Positions 1-13,466 of a stretch of 64,000 nt of DNA are shown here, one piece after another. The notes under the pieces were generated by a model. That model saw nothing but the letters and a program-made list of their open reading frames with translations. It did not search any database and was not told the DNA's origin. Positions within the stretch are counted from its first letter, which is position 1; each line of letters starts with the position of its first letter. A program made the position numbers and the translations under genes. This DNA comes from Camelus dromedarius (lineage: Eukaryota): positions 43,526,001 to 43,590,000 of the forward strand of contig NC_087437.1 in assembly GCF_036321535.1 (NCBI RefSeq). Reading direction: 5' to 3'.

Positions 1-155
1 ATAATAGAAGATGTGGAAGTTTGTCCCATAAATAAACATATAACCTGTCTTGGGTACCATTTGCTTAAAATATTTTCCCTGGAAACTTATCTAGCCATTC
101 TCAGTATGTGGTTCTTCCTCTAACTTGCTCTTTATTACTGCTTTCCTTCTTTCAG

Positions 156-188
156 CTAGAACTTGAGCAGAATGTCATGAAATTGTGA
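156..188 (+). CDS. Candidate coding part of a terminal exon (LELEQNVMKL*) of an unidentified gene lying upstream of the window
   Basis: Branch-point-like CTCTAAC at 118-124, AG-free pyrimidine tract, TTCAG acceptor at 151-155. Only one frame is open (CTA GAA CTT GAG CAG AAT GTC ATG AAA TTG TGA); the other two stop within a few bases. AATAAA follows at 481. Confidence 0.45.
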   Translation, partial: LELEQNVMKL

Positions 189-480
189 CTTCTTGCCTCA
201 GCTTTGAGGCCACATGGTCCAGAGTCCACAAAAACAGCAGCCCCGTTCAAAAAGAAGAGACGATATAAAAATATTTGCATTCAGAGTTTCGTGCGCTTGA
301 AGAAATGCACAATTTATGAGCACATCATCTTTCCCAAGGACCCGAAAATATTTCTTAACCTTTGTGTGTATAAGCCCTTGGGGTAAAAGGGACCTCTACT
401 TAAAAAAAAAAATTAACAAATACTAATCTAAAAGATCTTTCAGCAGCACTTTTATTCTTATTATAAAGGGTGCAGCCACC

Positions 481-486
481 AATAAA
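481..486 (+). terminator. Candidate polyadenylation signal for the putative terminal exon
   Basis: AATAAA ~290 nt after the TGA, followed by GT-rich sequence (gtgttcttggggagtgtg). A second AATAAA lies near 878. Confidence 0.3.
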
Positions 487-1371
487 TCACTCACGAGAGC
501 TCTGCAGTGTTCTTGGGGAGTGTGCAACAGACCCGTTTAACCCAATTACATTCAAGAGGTGACTCTCTCACTGATAGGCATCCAGAATTTCTAGGGCAAA
601 TTCACAAATGCACTCGGAAGGCAAAATACACTATACAGTATTTGCCTTAGAAACTGTATAAACAGACCATTTTTTTTTTAATTTCAAGATAACATGTAGT
701 GGAACCAGGTTTGTGCATTCACTATATCTAGATTTATCATTATTTTTCTTTAACCCATTGACTCTTTATCAGCCAAAAAGCAGTTCAAAAGATAGAGACT
801 TGTTTTTCATTAAGGATCTTCCTCCATTTGTTTCATAACCTAGACATCCACTCAATGCATTAATTTCTGAAGTGAGGAATAAAGAAAACATTTCCGTCTG
901 TATAAGAGGGACAGAGCTGTACAAGGAGAGAGAAATCAACCTGTCTGTTATAAAGAAGCACATGCATTTCTGTGTGTGATCATTTGGTTTCTGTATAAGA
1001 ATCAACGATATGTTCTATATATATGTAATGCAAATTATTTTGCATCAGAATTTTAAATAGGAAAAAAAATAGAAAGCAACTTAAGAAAAGAATGGTTTAT
1101 TGCTCTAGAAAGCCTCACAAAGGTATTTCAAGGGGAAAGAACACTTGGATCAATTCATATAGAGTGAGAGAGTTGGCCGTTTGAGAACCAAACTAAAAGG
1201 AATTCTCTGTAACCAAACCAGTAGAACTCAGTTTGACTGCAAGGTCACATAAAGATCAAAAGCCTAAGAGGACTGGCAATTTTGGTACATGATCCACAGT
1301 GAGATTTAAAAGAACAATTTTTTTTTTCAGAATATCATAACAGTTTTCCAGAAAACCCAAGAATCTTTAGC

Positions 1372-1505
1372 CACTTTCTGTTCAAAGTGTGATCCTCACA
1401 CCAGCAGCATAGGCATCATCCGGGGGCTGGTTAGAAAAGCCAATCTCAGGCCCTAAGCTGACACATTCAGGTGATTCTTACTCAGTTGAAAGTTCGAGAA
1501 GTGAT
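1372..1505. mobile_element. MER5A-like hAT-Charlie DNA transposon remnant
   Basis: ttcaaagtgtgatcct..accagcagcataggcatcatccgggggctggttagaaa..aatctcaggccc..caggtgattct..aaagttcgagaag resembles the MER5A consensus as recalled. Confidence 0.75.
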
Positions 1506-2499
1506 GTCTCGCCTTCAAAAATATTTGTCTCCTCCTCCAGATTTTCACAACTGTAAATAACGTCGTAACCTCAATGCATTGCTAGACCATAATCTGCTGG
1601 TAGCCTGAGGAAGCATAGTGCTGAAGCTGTGAGGCAGAATTTCTCTTTTCCAGACAGCTCTGACCTACCCAGAGCAATGACTGATCTTAAATGACCTGGT
1701 GCTTGAAAGAAATTAGCCTGGAGTTGCGAAGCCAAGATGAAATTTGTGGTGATTTCTAATCAATCTGGCAAATGGATGACTCAAGGGCTTCAAGACTGGT
1801 CATCTCTACTTAAAGCTTTTAAAACATCTGTTTGTTTTCATAGCTTTCTGTCTTGATTACCAGTGTTTCATGTGGTTTCTGTATTTATTCAACAGTTGTA
1901 GCATGTATTTCCACTCAGTGAATCTTTGTTTAATTTCTTAAGGTGATTTATGGATTAGACCTAAGGATGGGAAATACTTTCTAATTACTTAAAATAAAAC
2001 CCCGAATTAATAATAAGCTTGCTTTCAACCTTTGTCTGTTGCAAGAATATTTTCTTTAGCTAGAATAGTGTAGTATCTAGCCAGGGATCTGGTTAAGTCC
2101 AAAGCTAATGTCTGATCTCTCATAGTGTTTTCTTCTTTAAAGCTAACAAAGAAATCATCCTGTGCTTATTGTCATTTTTAATCCAGAAATATCATTCTTT
2201 AACACAGTTTGATAAATAATTTATTTTCTTCTTCCCTTAAGAACTGGAAAACATACTTGTGACCATGTTAAACCCTGGTTTTCTAAAAGTAATAACATTT
2301 GTTTTGGGGGGATTTTCTTTTGCATTTAAAATATATTATAAAACCTTATAAAGTCAGTCTAATTCCAGTTAAATTCATGAAGGCAATTTATAATTCATTA
2401 ATTACTAACCAGTGGTTCCCCTGCCACTTTCTGTCATCTAAACTTTGATAATATCACTACTGTTATAAGGCTTCTCAAATGTGGCCAAGTCCCAAAGTG

Positions 2500-2900
2500 A
2501 AGAGCGAACACATTAATTGAATCTAGTCTAAGAATACTGTGCTAAGGAAATCCTGGAGAAAATGAGTTGAAAAATAAACCTCTGGCTATCTCTGAGGTTT
2601 TACATCTCTTAACATACTAAAGAACAGACAAATATATCTAAACTGTAATTACAAAAAAATGCATTGAATTTTTAAAAGTATTAAGAGAAATAAAATTAAT
2701 ATGTTTTGTGCAAAGCATTCCTCAAGTACCTAGTAGCCACATAAATATGTGCTATAACGTGATCTGAGAAGAGACCGAAAACAGGTGACTCCTTAGAGCT
2801 TTTTAAGACAGCAGTGGACTGGCAAATGAAAGGAGGTAGCTGGGCTGGGAGAGACACGTAAGGAAAACCAGACGGAAGAGGGTATGCAGAGGATAATATA
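2500..2900 (-). mobile_element. L2 LINE remnant
   Basis: Degenerate antisense L2 3' motifs (cattaattgaatctagt..tactgtgctaagg..ctctgaggttttacatct). Confidence 0.45.
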
Positions 2901-5224
2901 CAAGTATAACAGGAAAAACAGACAGTTAATAATTTCATTAAAAATGAAGGGCAGTTACCACTGGTATGACAGATAAGATTTTCTTTTTTTCCCCAATTAG
3001 AGAAATTTTTGTGGAAGGTAAAATGAGAATTTTGGCATATCAGAAGATTTCGTTTAATCATAAGTACTCTGGGCCGTGTTTACTTATTAAAAACTGTTAT
3101 CAGAGTAAGCGGCCATGTGATAACTGAGAAAAGCTAAACCAAAGTGACACCAATGACAGGGTCCTGTGTTTCACATTTTTGAGAAAAAACCAAAAAGTGA
3201 TGTTATTGATAACATTTCTTTCTTTCTCAATCTCTCTCTCTCTCTCCACTTCAGAAGGTCTGGAAGTGGGTCTCTGGAGCACAGGTGTGTGGCCACACCA
3301 GCACTTGGGTACACATTGGTACATGAGAATTCTGGTCATCTCATGAAGATATAGTTAGTCTAGTCATGGTCCCTAAAGAAAATATGAACGTTCAGCTTTA
3401 TGGTTATTCAAAAGTTATGGACAACTACCATTTCAAATGTGGCCCATGGCTTCTAACTTCAGTTCGGTCCTCTATCTCCCTTTCCCCAATCTTTAATCCA
3501 TCAAGTCTTCAAATTTCCTAAGCCGTTATCAAGATGAACTGGATCTGCACCAGCATTCTAGAAGGGAGCAGTCTCACAGCTCATTGTTATTCCCCTGAGC
3601 TAGTCAGTTCCAGGGACCATACCTAACAACACGGAACGCAAAAAATAAATCACGCTCTGAGATGGCTTTAAAAAGCTTAGTTTTCTTATGAGAATGAAGC
3701 TTTAACCTTGCCTGGCACATCAGGGGTCTAAAGGAATACAATCTTCCATTTATTTGCATTAACCAGAGAGGCATTGTGCCAACACGGAGCCTTATTTTCT
3801 GCAAACAGAATTTTGCAGGAGAGAAGGAAAAGGATGAATTGAGATATGTACCTGCAGTAAGTTTAACCAGATACAAAGATCGAGGTATGGCTACATAAGT
3901 GCAAGCAATAAAGGTACGTGTTTTCACAATGGTGCTTTTTTAGTAAGTAAGATCCCACACAGCCTGTTAGAGGATGAGGCATCTTAGAGGCACAGCTCCT
4001 AGTTAAGCAGGTGTAACACACACCCCAGCTCTATGTGAGATGTTGGTTACAGGAAGGAAATAAAGGCACATCACAGTGTAATTAAGAAAACAAATTAAAA
4101 CAAAAGTCTGTCTCTCTGAAGCAAACTGATTAATAGTGACACACAAACTCATCAATAATGCTAATACCTAGTAATAGGTTAATGCAGCACGTTAGTCTAT
4201 TTGATATAAATGAAACCCCCAGAAACATTTCTTTAAGGTGTGAATTTGATTGTGATTGCCTCTTTCCCAAGTTTGAACTTATAATTAAATTGTTCAAACC
4301 TCAAATATAATTGTTTTCTGCTAGTTGATATACCTTTAATATTTAGACAATCCTTTTAGCCAATGTCAGAATAATTTAGTTAATATTCACTCTTTATTAT
4401 AATATAAAGATTGAGCCTCTTTGCTTCTTCTCATTTCCAACATATACCCACTCTAAAGTGTTTCCTAAATCTTTTTTTTTTTTTTTCTCACTAATGGTCT
4501 CTGTAGTCTCATATATCTAAAGAGGAAAATATAATAAAATTTAGTATTACGGTTTTGGAATGTAAGTAAGGAAATTCTATTTTCCATTGAAATTAAGTTG
4601 AGGAAATTTGTCTTTATTACACAAATGTACAAATCTGAACATTATCCAAGAGAGTAAAGATCAATATCTTAGTGTTCTATAAAGTACAGAATATATTATA
4701 AAACTATAGTGACCCAAATCCAAATCTAGGGGTTAGCAAGGTGATTTTACATATTTTCTTAAGTTTTTTAGAATGTTTACATTTTATGAATTGTCTAAAA
4801 AGTAATTTATGGATTATATCCTCCAAATAGCATAATGTAGAAACAAATGAAAAGTTAGTTACAACCTTTTGTTTTCCTTCTAAAATGTTTTAAAATTTGT
4901 ATTTTAAGGACTTACTATCTCTTATAGGGACTGGAAGCTATGAGGTGAAGTCACCATCGTACAGCTTGATCCTTACATGGCTTGTAGCTCAAGCCTTTTG
5001 ATGTCACTTTGCCTTGGGGTCCCCATGTGCTAAATGGGGCTTATTATTACACCGTATGCTAACAAGAATTAATAGGTAGCCATTGGGTTTCATTTTGATT
5101 GGACTCATATTTGATCGTTGCATTTTCTAATAATCTACAACAAATCTCTGTGAGAAATTCTACTTGAAACTTCCATTGTGAAGCATAATTGTCTCATGGA
5201 ATAAATGTGGGATTTTAGGAATGT

Positions 5225-5390
5225 CTGAGTCTTACTTATCTGCTCGTGTAATGCCCTAGGCGGTTTTTCCTCTCTGAGTTTCAGTTTCTTCTTTCATAAA
5301 AATAATAGTAGCATCTACTTCACTAGATTGCTGTAAGAAATGCATGTGTTAAAAGCTTTTTGTAAATTGTGAAGTTGTACTGCATATTGA
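5225..5390 (+). mobile_element. MIR SINE
   Basis: MIR core ctctctgagtttcagtttcttctttcataaaaat..tacttcactagattgctgtaag and a MIR3/MIRc-type tail (tttgtaaattgtgaagt). Confidence 0.65.
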
Positions 5391-6010
5391 AATTGATATT
5401 AATCCTTAATGTCACTCTGAAAATTGCTATTGCTAGGTTTATGTTGTGTTTTAAACAGCAAATGGAATTTTGCATTCACATTTGAAACAGCAGATGTTAA
5501 AAATATGCATTCCTTGTTAGATAGTATTTCTAAACACATTGCTTCCCTCTTCTCAATCACAACAAAAGTTCACGTGGACTTCAACTTCCCTGTCTCATAG
5601 CGCAGACCCACACTGATGAAAGAGTACTCCTATGCTTTCTTCATTGAACTCCTGCTCTGCTTCATTTTAATGAGATGTTTCAAAATGGGGGAAGGGGTGA
5701 TGTCAATTAAATGGAAATCAGAACAATGTTTATCTTTTCAAAGGAGTCCTTTGTTCTTAGTAAACATCCTTCCTCTTTCTGGTTACTGGCAAAATTGGCT
5801 TCTTATCTGGCACACACTTTAATTTACATCTCCATTTAGAGTTCTTTGTCATTGCAAACTTAGCATGTCCACCAGTTTCATAATGCAGTACAAGGATCTT
5901 CAGTTCCTAAAACTGACAAGCTCTTATGGACCTCAGGATCTATATACATGCTGTTCTTTTTGCCTAAAATAATCTTTGAATGCCCCCCTTCTTCTCATTT
6001 TTTTGTATCT

Positions 6011-6474
6011 TGTTATGGAAACGACAGGCCAGCCAAGAAACAAGCACCACTCGGAGGGTTGGAGTGCTCAGATGTATTACGCCAGCGGGCTCAGAGGGGC
6101 TTCTGCTCTGAAGCTCTGAGCACCTCCAAGACGTGCGCATGAGGTTTTATAGGGTAAAGTACGAGCTTGGAGTATTCGGCCAAAAGGCATGGAACAGCTT
6201 TAGCAGCATCATTATCACAAAAGTGGAGGCAGGGAGGCAGCAAACCAACATTCCAAAGCCAGATATATCTCTTTGAAAATCTAGCTGGCTAGCAAAAAAC
6301 AGGAACAGCAAACCAACACTAATTAACTTAGATTTACAAGTTAGTCCAGCAGAACTCAGATCAGTATTCCGATACTTAGATTTGTGAGTTATCTTGTTAG
6401 CCCAGCCCAGCCTCTCCTTCACATTCCTAGACTTGTGAGTTATCTTGTTAGACCAGCCCGGCTTTTCCTTCACA
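6011..6474. mobile_element. Solo ERV LTR with an internal 51-bp tandem duplication, inserted in an L2 remnant
   Basis: Starts TGTTATGG and ends CTTCACA. Flanked by ATCT/AACT (4-bp TSD, one mismatch). Retains CpGs. Tandem units at 6377-6423 and 6428-6474. Confidence 0.75.
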
Positions 6475-6710
6475 AACTCAGGTTAGATGTCACCTCATTC
6501 AAGAAGATGTCTCTGACTTCCAAATCCAAAACATATTCCGCTTATTCTACACTTTTCTTTTCCTTCCTGCATTAATCTCACTGTAATTGTGTATCTGTTT
6601 ATCTGTTTATTTGTTATGTGCCTCCTCCAGTTTACTGTGTACTCCATGAGAGTAGCTGCTACACAGAAGGCATTCAATAAATACTTATTGACTAAATGAA
6701 TAAATTAATA
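6475..6710 (+). mobile_element. L2 3' end, host of the LTR
   Basis: ctcaggttagatgtcacctcattcaagaag..gtactccatgagag..cattcaataaatacttattgactaaatgaat is a typical L2 3' terminus. Confidence 0.7.
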
Positions 6711-9297
6711 AAGGGAACAGAGAAAATACACAGTGTCTTTGTGAAAGTCAAATTTGTCGAGAGACACCATCACAGAAGACTGGATTGGGTAGCTTTAATT
6801 ATTGGGTGAACATCTCTTTGTGGATCGTTTGCTAACATTTCAGCTCAGTATGCCTTAAGCTTAATTCGTTATTTCTCTCCTCCCTGTACCCTCCAATACA
6901 CCTGCTCATCCTATGCGCTGCCTAACTTGTAAGGACTAAATTCACCTTCTAGTCGAAGAGTAAACTTGGGGATCAAATCAAGGTCCTTCATCTTCACTCT
7001 AAACATCTGCATAGATTTCCTCCTTTGAAAGTCTCTTATTCATTCTTATGTTCCTTTGTCTCTTATCTGAGAATCTGCATTAACTAGTCTCCATTTCCGC
7101 CGTTCTTATTTATGTGCTGATATCTCCTATTAAATTAGAAAAACCTGAAGGGCAGGGATTCTCTTAGTTGTCACAGTTCCTAGCATAGTGACATGCATAT
7201 GCTCAATCCTGCTTGGCGTTTATTTACTTATCCTAGGATTCAGTGGTTTCCATATGTCTTTGTAGAGCCAAGCTACAATTTGTAAGAATGATGACTTATA
7301 TTTGCAAAGTTGCTTTTCAACATATCTTCAAATCCTTTTCTCGTAACTTAGTTCTAATTTGGCAATCATTCAAACATTATCCTTTAAAACCTGCAAAGTC
7401 TGGTTCTTCTGTCTATTTCAGGCAGTCTGCCCTGAGGGTATAAACAATAGTATCTATTATTTATTTTTTAGAATTCCCTTTGTATACCCTATTAAGCCTT
7501 GATAAATATTCTCCCTGTGTGTTAAAGGGAAAACAAATTGCTTTTCTGCTCAACATTCCTTGGCCTGACATACACACAAAAAAAGAGTTGAACATATATT
7601 TTCATATAGAAAAGGGAAACCTGGTGAGCCAGTCACAAAGACTTAACTTTTTTCACCTCAGCAGCTCTGGGACTTGGCCAGCAGTGGTCCCACCTTTTGA
7701 AAAGTAATAGCCTAATCAGAGTGGAAAGAGGCAGAGGGATCAGGCTGATCAGAGGGAACTTGTCTGTAGCGTCTAGTCATTCCTCTCTTCCCCAGCAAGG
7801 CGCAGAGAGAGTTCATCAGGCATACAACCATCATATCAAATGTTCTGGACTTCTTTTGGGGGCATTTGTGGATTTACGACTGGAAAAGCCTTTTTCTGCC
7901 TCAGCACCCTTGTCATGTTGTTTCTTCACAGGCAACATGACTGAGATAAGATAATGTATGAAGGTAACTTGACAGGGTCTGAAAAATAGACACATAGACC
8001 TTGAACCTGCTGAAGAAGTTTCAAAAGTTAAAGTCATGAGGTGCTTGGTGGGAAACAAAAGTAACACAGGTATGGAGCTGTATTTAGTTCAGGAAGAAAA
8101 ATCGAATTTTAGTAACAAATGGGTAGCCAATGAAAATTAAATTAGGGGCAGTTGTCACACATCTTGTAGCTTACCTTCCTGAAAACTCACTAGCAATTTC
8201 AACAATGTATGCTAAATTGCATTGTATACACCTGATAGGGGAGTCACTCTCTTGTGTAAGAGCCTATATATGTATACATATTATGTGTGTATAACATATG
8301 CAGAAACTACTATAAGTACTGCATTCAAGGAGTGAATTTTCAAACATTTTTTTAACAGTAGAACTGGTTTTCATATGACATTTTTAATGGACCCTTGTAT
8401 AAAATAGATCAAATGGAACTACTGTGATTAAAACAGTTATGGGGAAGAACTGGAAACCCCACACACTTGGCCTTCCCACCTGTCTCCCATGGTGACCCCT
8501 GAAAGGTCCTCTACACAACTTGGTCCGATTTAATCAAGTACAATCTATATATTCTAATAATATAAAGTTTTCTGAAATACACTTAAATAATATAATTATA
8601 GAAGTATTATTTAATAGAGTATTAATTACCTGTGTAAGTTATATGTCTTTCCTTATTTTTGTAGCAACAAATCAGAAAGTAAATAGATATTTCACAAGTG
8701 TTACTGAATTCAGAAAGGCTTTGAGGGAGTTTGGCAAATGACTTTGAAGAAAATGAGGCTCATAGTGACTTTATTCCCATACATTTTCCAGGAGGGCATG
8801 GGCAGTAAAGAGCAAATGGTTTCTCTGCATTTGGCATTAGCATTTCATTTCCCAGAACTTGCATAGCAAACATATTCATCCGGTGCTCCTCATCATAAGG
8901 GTGGCAAAGACTATCACAGATTTAATAACAGACTTGGTACATTCACAATGACCTTAGCTCAGAGTAGTCTGAAATTAGAAGACCAAATCAGACAACTAGA
9001 CAATGCTATTTTTCTCAAGCTACTCAGTATATTTAGCTGTATTAAAGCAATTTGCAAATACCCATGTACAGTCCTTTGAAAATTTTAACAAATTAAACTT
9101 CTATTAATATTTAAATGTCTAAATGACAAAGCTGGTCTTACACTTTGGACTCTAGAGGGAGGTCAGAAATCATTCTCATCATCTCCAATCCCAAAGAGAA
9201 AGAGGGAAATGGATTCCTTCTATTTCTCATGCTCAATGCATAGAAAGGATTTGTGGCCTCAGAAATCAATGTGGTACTAGGGGAAAGGACTCAGAAG

Positions 9298-10043
9298 TCT
9301 TTCTGATAGTTCATTGTTAGTGTACAGGAATGCGACAGATTTCTGTATGTTAATTTTTTTATTCTGCAACTTTTTTGAATTAATTGATGAGCTCTAGTAA
9401 TTTTTTGGTGGCATCTTTAGGATTTTCTATGTATAGTATCATGCCATCTGCAAACAATGAGTTTCACTTCCTCCTTTCCAGTTTGGATTCTTTTTGTTTC
9501 TTTTTCTTATCTGATTGCTGTGGCTAGGACTTCCAACAGTATGTTGAATAAAAGTGGTGAGAGTGGTCATCCTTGTCTTATTCCTGATTTTAGAGGAAAC
9601 ATTTCTAGCTTTTCACTGTTGCATATGATGTTAGCTGTGGTCTTATCATATATGGCCTTTTTTAAATAATGAAGTATGTTCCCTCTATACCCACTTTGTG
9701 GAGAGTTTTTAATCATAAATAGATGCTGAATTTTGTTAAAAGCTCTTTCTGCATCTATGAAGATGATCGTACGGTTTTTATTCCTCAGTTTTTTAATATG
9801 GTATATCACATTAATTGATTTGTGGATAGTAAACCATCCTTGCATGCCTGGGATAAATCTCACATAATCATGGTGTATGACCTTTTTAGTGTATTGCTGG
9901 ATTTGGTTTGCTAATATTTTGTAGATGATTTTTGCACCTGTGTTCATCAGTGATACTGGCTTGTCATTTTCTATTTTGTGTGCGATACCTTTGCTTGGTT
10001 TTGTTATCAGGGTGATGCTAGCCTTGTAGAATGAATTCAGAAG
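9298..10043 (-). mobile_element. L1 ORF2 internal fragment (start of reverse-transcriptase region), inactivated
   Basis: ORF 9567..10073(-) reads [67 protein letters not shown], which is L1 ORF2p. It is frameshifted and lacks a 3' UTR and poly(A). Confidence 0.95.
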
Positions 10044-13000
10044 CTGAACACCAATGATTGTTTTTTGCTTCATAGCACTTAGTATGAGTTTCTATTATAT
10101 GGAAACTATTTATTTTGGGAAACATAGTTGAAGTGAAAAAAAGTGAAAATAAAACTCTTCTCAAATTGATAAGCATTTGTTCTATTCTGTCTTGACATAT
10201 TCTTAACCTTTTCTTCTGGCATGGTTACAGCAAGTAACTGGTTGCAGCTTCATTAAGTTGGCTGAAATTCTTCTCTTAACCTCTTCACAGATGCTTGTCA
10301 TCAGTCAGTTGGTGTTAGACTAACTTCTTTCTTTTTCTGTGTAGATAAGAATTAAGGGAAAATCAGAACATCTGACATAGAACATTAAGGAGCCATTTGA
10401 GATTTAGGAACTCTTGGTTTCATATCCTTTCTTCTGCTTTGCTGAGAAATGGCAAAGCAATTGTGGTTATGTATTGAAATCTCATCTGAACACACTAACA
10501 CAAGGTGCCCTTCCCCTGCCTCCCTCTTTCAACTGAATTCAACTCTCTAATTCCTCTGCCTGTATCAGTGCCTCTCTTTTCTGTTTCTTTATCCCCTAAT
10601 ACTCCATCATAATGCTTTTCAGATGATCCAGGAGCTACGTGAGTGTTGTTCTGGGTCCCAAATGAATCACAAATTCCATGAAGGCAGACATCATGTAAAA
10701 TTGTCTTTCTAGCCTCAGTACCTATCGTAGCCTCATGTCCATTGGAGGCTCTCAGTTTTCTATTAATACAGAAACATTAATTTTATGAATGGATAAACTC
10801 AAATCATGCCAACAAATATCACTCTCAATAAATAAGTATGTAAATTCTTTTTAGAACAAGGTATCACCAGTCCTTTATGCTTCTGCTTTTAATTAGATAA
10901 CATCTCAAATATTGATGGGAGAACAGGGAAAGTGTTTCCTCATTCTGAACCTGAGAACTAGTCTTAAGAAAGCCAGTTCTCTTATCATTGATCCCTCTAC
11001 CATCACACTCATTTATGCAGATTCATTTTTTTTCTTTTACAATCCATATTCCCAGATGACAGCCAGCTCATCTAGTAAACTAATTCACAATAATTAATAC
11101 ATGTGTTAATATCAACAGAATGGCTTACTACCTAGGTCTCCTATATTCTTGCAGAGGATACATACACTTAAAGATGACCTATAAGGCTTAATCAGAGGGA
11201 ATAATCCTAACTGGAGTGTTAGGAACCAAAGGGATACAATAAGATTATGACTATATCTCTACTACCAGATTACAAAAGTAGATTGGAGATCCGTTTTAAA
11301 ATGGAAAATGGATAAATTTTAAATGTAGAAACCCCAAAATAAATCCAAAGATCATTATGTTTGCCTGAAATGGGGTTTCTAGTAGTATTTTATAATTTTT
11401 TTTTTTTTTTGAGTAACAGAACTTATAACAATGAAAAACCATCTAGTCTCTTTTATATTGTTTAGTTTTTTGTTAGGAGTAATAATTTTTGAGAAAACTT
11501 ATTGATATATATTATTTCAGTGGGAACTCTCAACATTGCTCTTCTTAATTAAGAATATTTGTTAGAATTTTTTTTAATGTGACTGAATTTGTAGAACTCA
11601 TGTTAGTGGTATTTAGAAACTCTCTGAGACTTTCATAGATGACCCTAAAAGGCAAGGCAACATGTTTCTGGGAATAATAGCCTGGAGTGAATTAAGTATA
11701 AACAAACAAACGTGTGTGTGTGTGCACATGTACAGTTTTTTAGCCAATAACTTGTGGCTTTCACCACCCTTGAATATTCAAAGGGCTTCCATTTCTCCAC
11801 TCTGGGAATGATTTGAGGGTTAATGAGACAATGGGTCTATGAGTACCACTATAGAAAGATGATAGCTACATATAAATGATTGTAATTATCCAATTCTCTG
11901 AATGTTTTCTTAATAAGCAGATGGGAAATTTCCGTTCATGACAAGGAATTTCAAAGGCTTAATCATTTCATTTTTGTAACTATTCAAAATTTCAAGTGGA
12001 GCATTGCTTAGAACTCAAATCACTTGTAGAAATCATTCATATTTATTCTTCAGAGCAAAAATTAGTGAATGAATGTGAATAACTTTGGACAGTCTACACA
12101 CCAAATACTTGGCAGTTGTTCAATTTATTTGATCAGTGTAGATTGTCAAATAGAATATTCATGGCCCAAAAGGGAGCCTTTAAAATTATTTGGATTTAGA
12201 TCTGCAAAGAATTGTTTTTGTGTATTAATATAATGTGCGTGAGTCGTTTCTAGCAAGTCTGTGTTAAAAACAGATAAAACCTTTTGAATAGTCAATCATT
12301 AAATCCAAAATTATTTCAATTGATATGAATATAGGGCACAATTATGTAGTGTTTTGGAGTCAGTGTACCCAGCTGTGAATAAAAACACAGTGTATAATGG
12401 AAAAATTTCTGCTCTAGGTTTACAAAGAAAGCAGTTGTAAAGAGGAACTGAAATAGCTCCTGCAGTTTCACAGAGATCAAGTCTTGACGGAAGTGGTCAG
12501 AGGTGTGGCCCGGCCTCTAATTAGGGACAAGGATACCTACTCATTATCAGTCACACCAGCCCCACCCCCCCAATAAGGCAGCGGTTCATTGTCAGTGGGT
12601 GAGCGGTATGCAGTTACCAGCATAACTACCCACAGGTTAATTGATGTAGCTGTAAGCTTATGTCTGGATTAGCTGTTTTATCTGTCTTTCCTCCAAGTGC
12701 TTTCTCTGCAGCATATCACTGAGGTGGTGTTAACATTCATTTGATAAAAATCAAAGCATTTCCCCATAAATGTTGGACCAAAGCAAATGCATTCACAGGA
12801 AAAATAAAAAGGAAATTTGAATACAAATCGCATACATAATACTGCTAATTTGTTACTACTTGCAGTAAAGCTCTTAATGAGATTATCCAGGATTGGGCCT
12901 GTTTCCACTGAGAGTTTCATTAACCTCCCCGAACATTTTTCCTTCATTTATGGCTATGTACTTAGTCTATTTGATTATCTGTATTTCACATCTTATAATT

Positions 13001-13307
13001 CAGTCTTTGCAAATGTGTACATTTTGTTTTTATAACAAAAGGAGAAAATTCAGATGTACATGATAAAAATTTTTCTTTGTGTAATATACATATGTCTATG
13101 TCTGTTTGCCTGTATACCTACTTAGAAAATTATTTGATGAAAGTAAAAGGAGGAGAACGTTTTTATCAAATTCAGGGAATTTGCTGCCTCAAATGATGTT
13201 TCAAGTGCAGAAGATAAGAAGAAAATATATAAAAAAATTGGACATCTGGTAGTTTCAGTTTGTTGCTGTCCTATTCAGGGGCGATACACTAAATAGAGTA
13301 TAGACTA

Positions 13308-13466
13308 GTATGTCTCAGATGTTTATATGCATCTAAGTCACTTAGGCATCTTGTTAAAATTCAGATTTTGATTGGTCAGTTCAGGGTGAGGCCTGAGTCT
13401 CTGCATTTCTAATCAAATTCCACAAAGGCTTCTGTTCCTTAAATCAATAGCACTTTGAGTAGTAAA
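13308..13466. mobile_element. MER5A/MER5B-like hAT-Charlie remnant
   Basis: tgcatctaagtcacttagg..cttgttaaaattcagattttgatt..gggtgaggcctgagtctctgcatttctaa..cactttgagtag. Confidence 0.75.

Noticed and set aside
9567..10073. 168-aa ORF as a functional or domesticated reverse transcriptase
   Set aside because: Frameshifted partial L1 ORF2 whose start lies outside the L1 homology; it does not include the catalytic F/YADD motif
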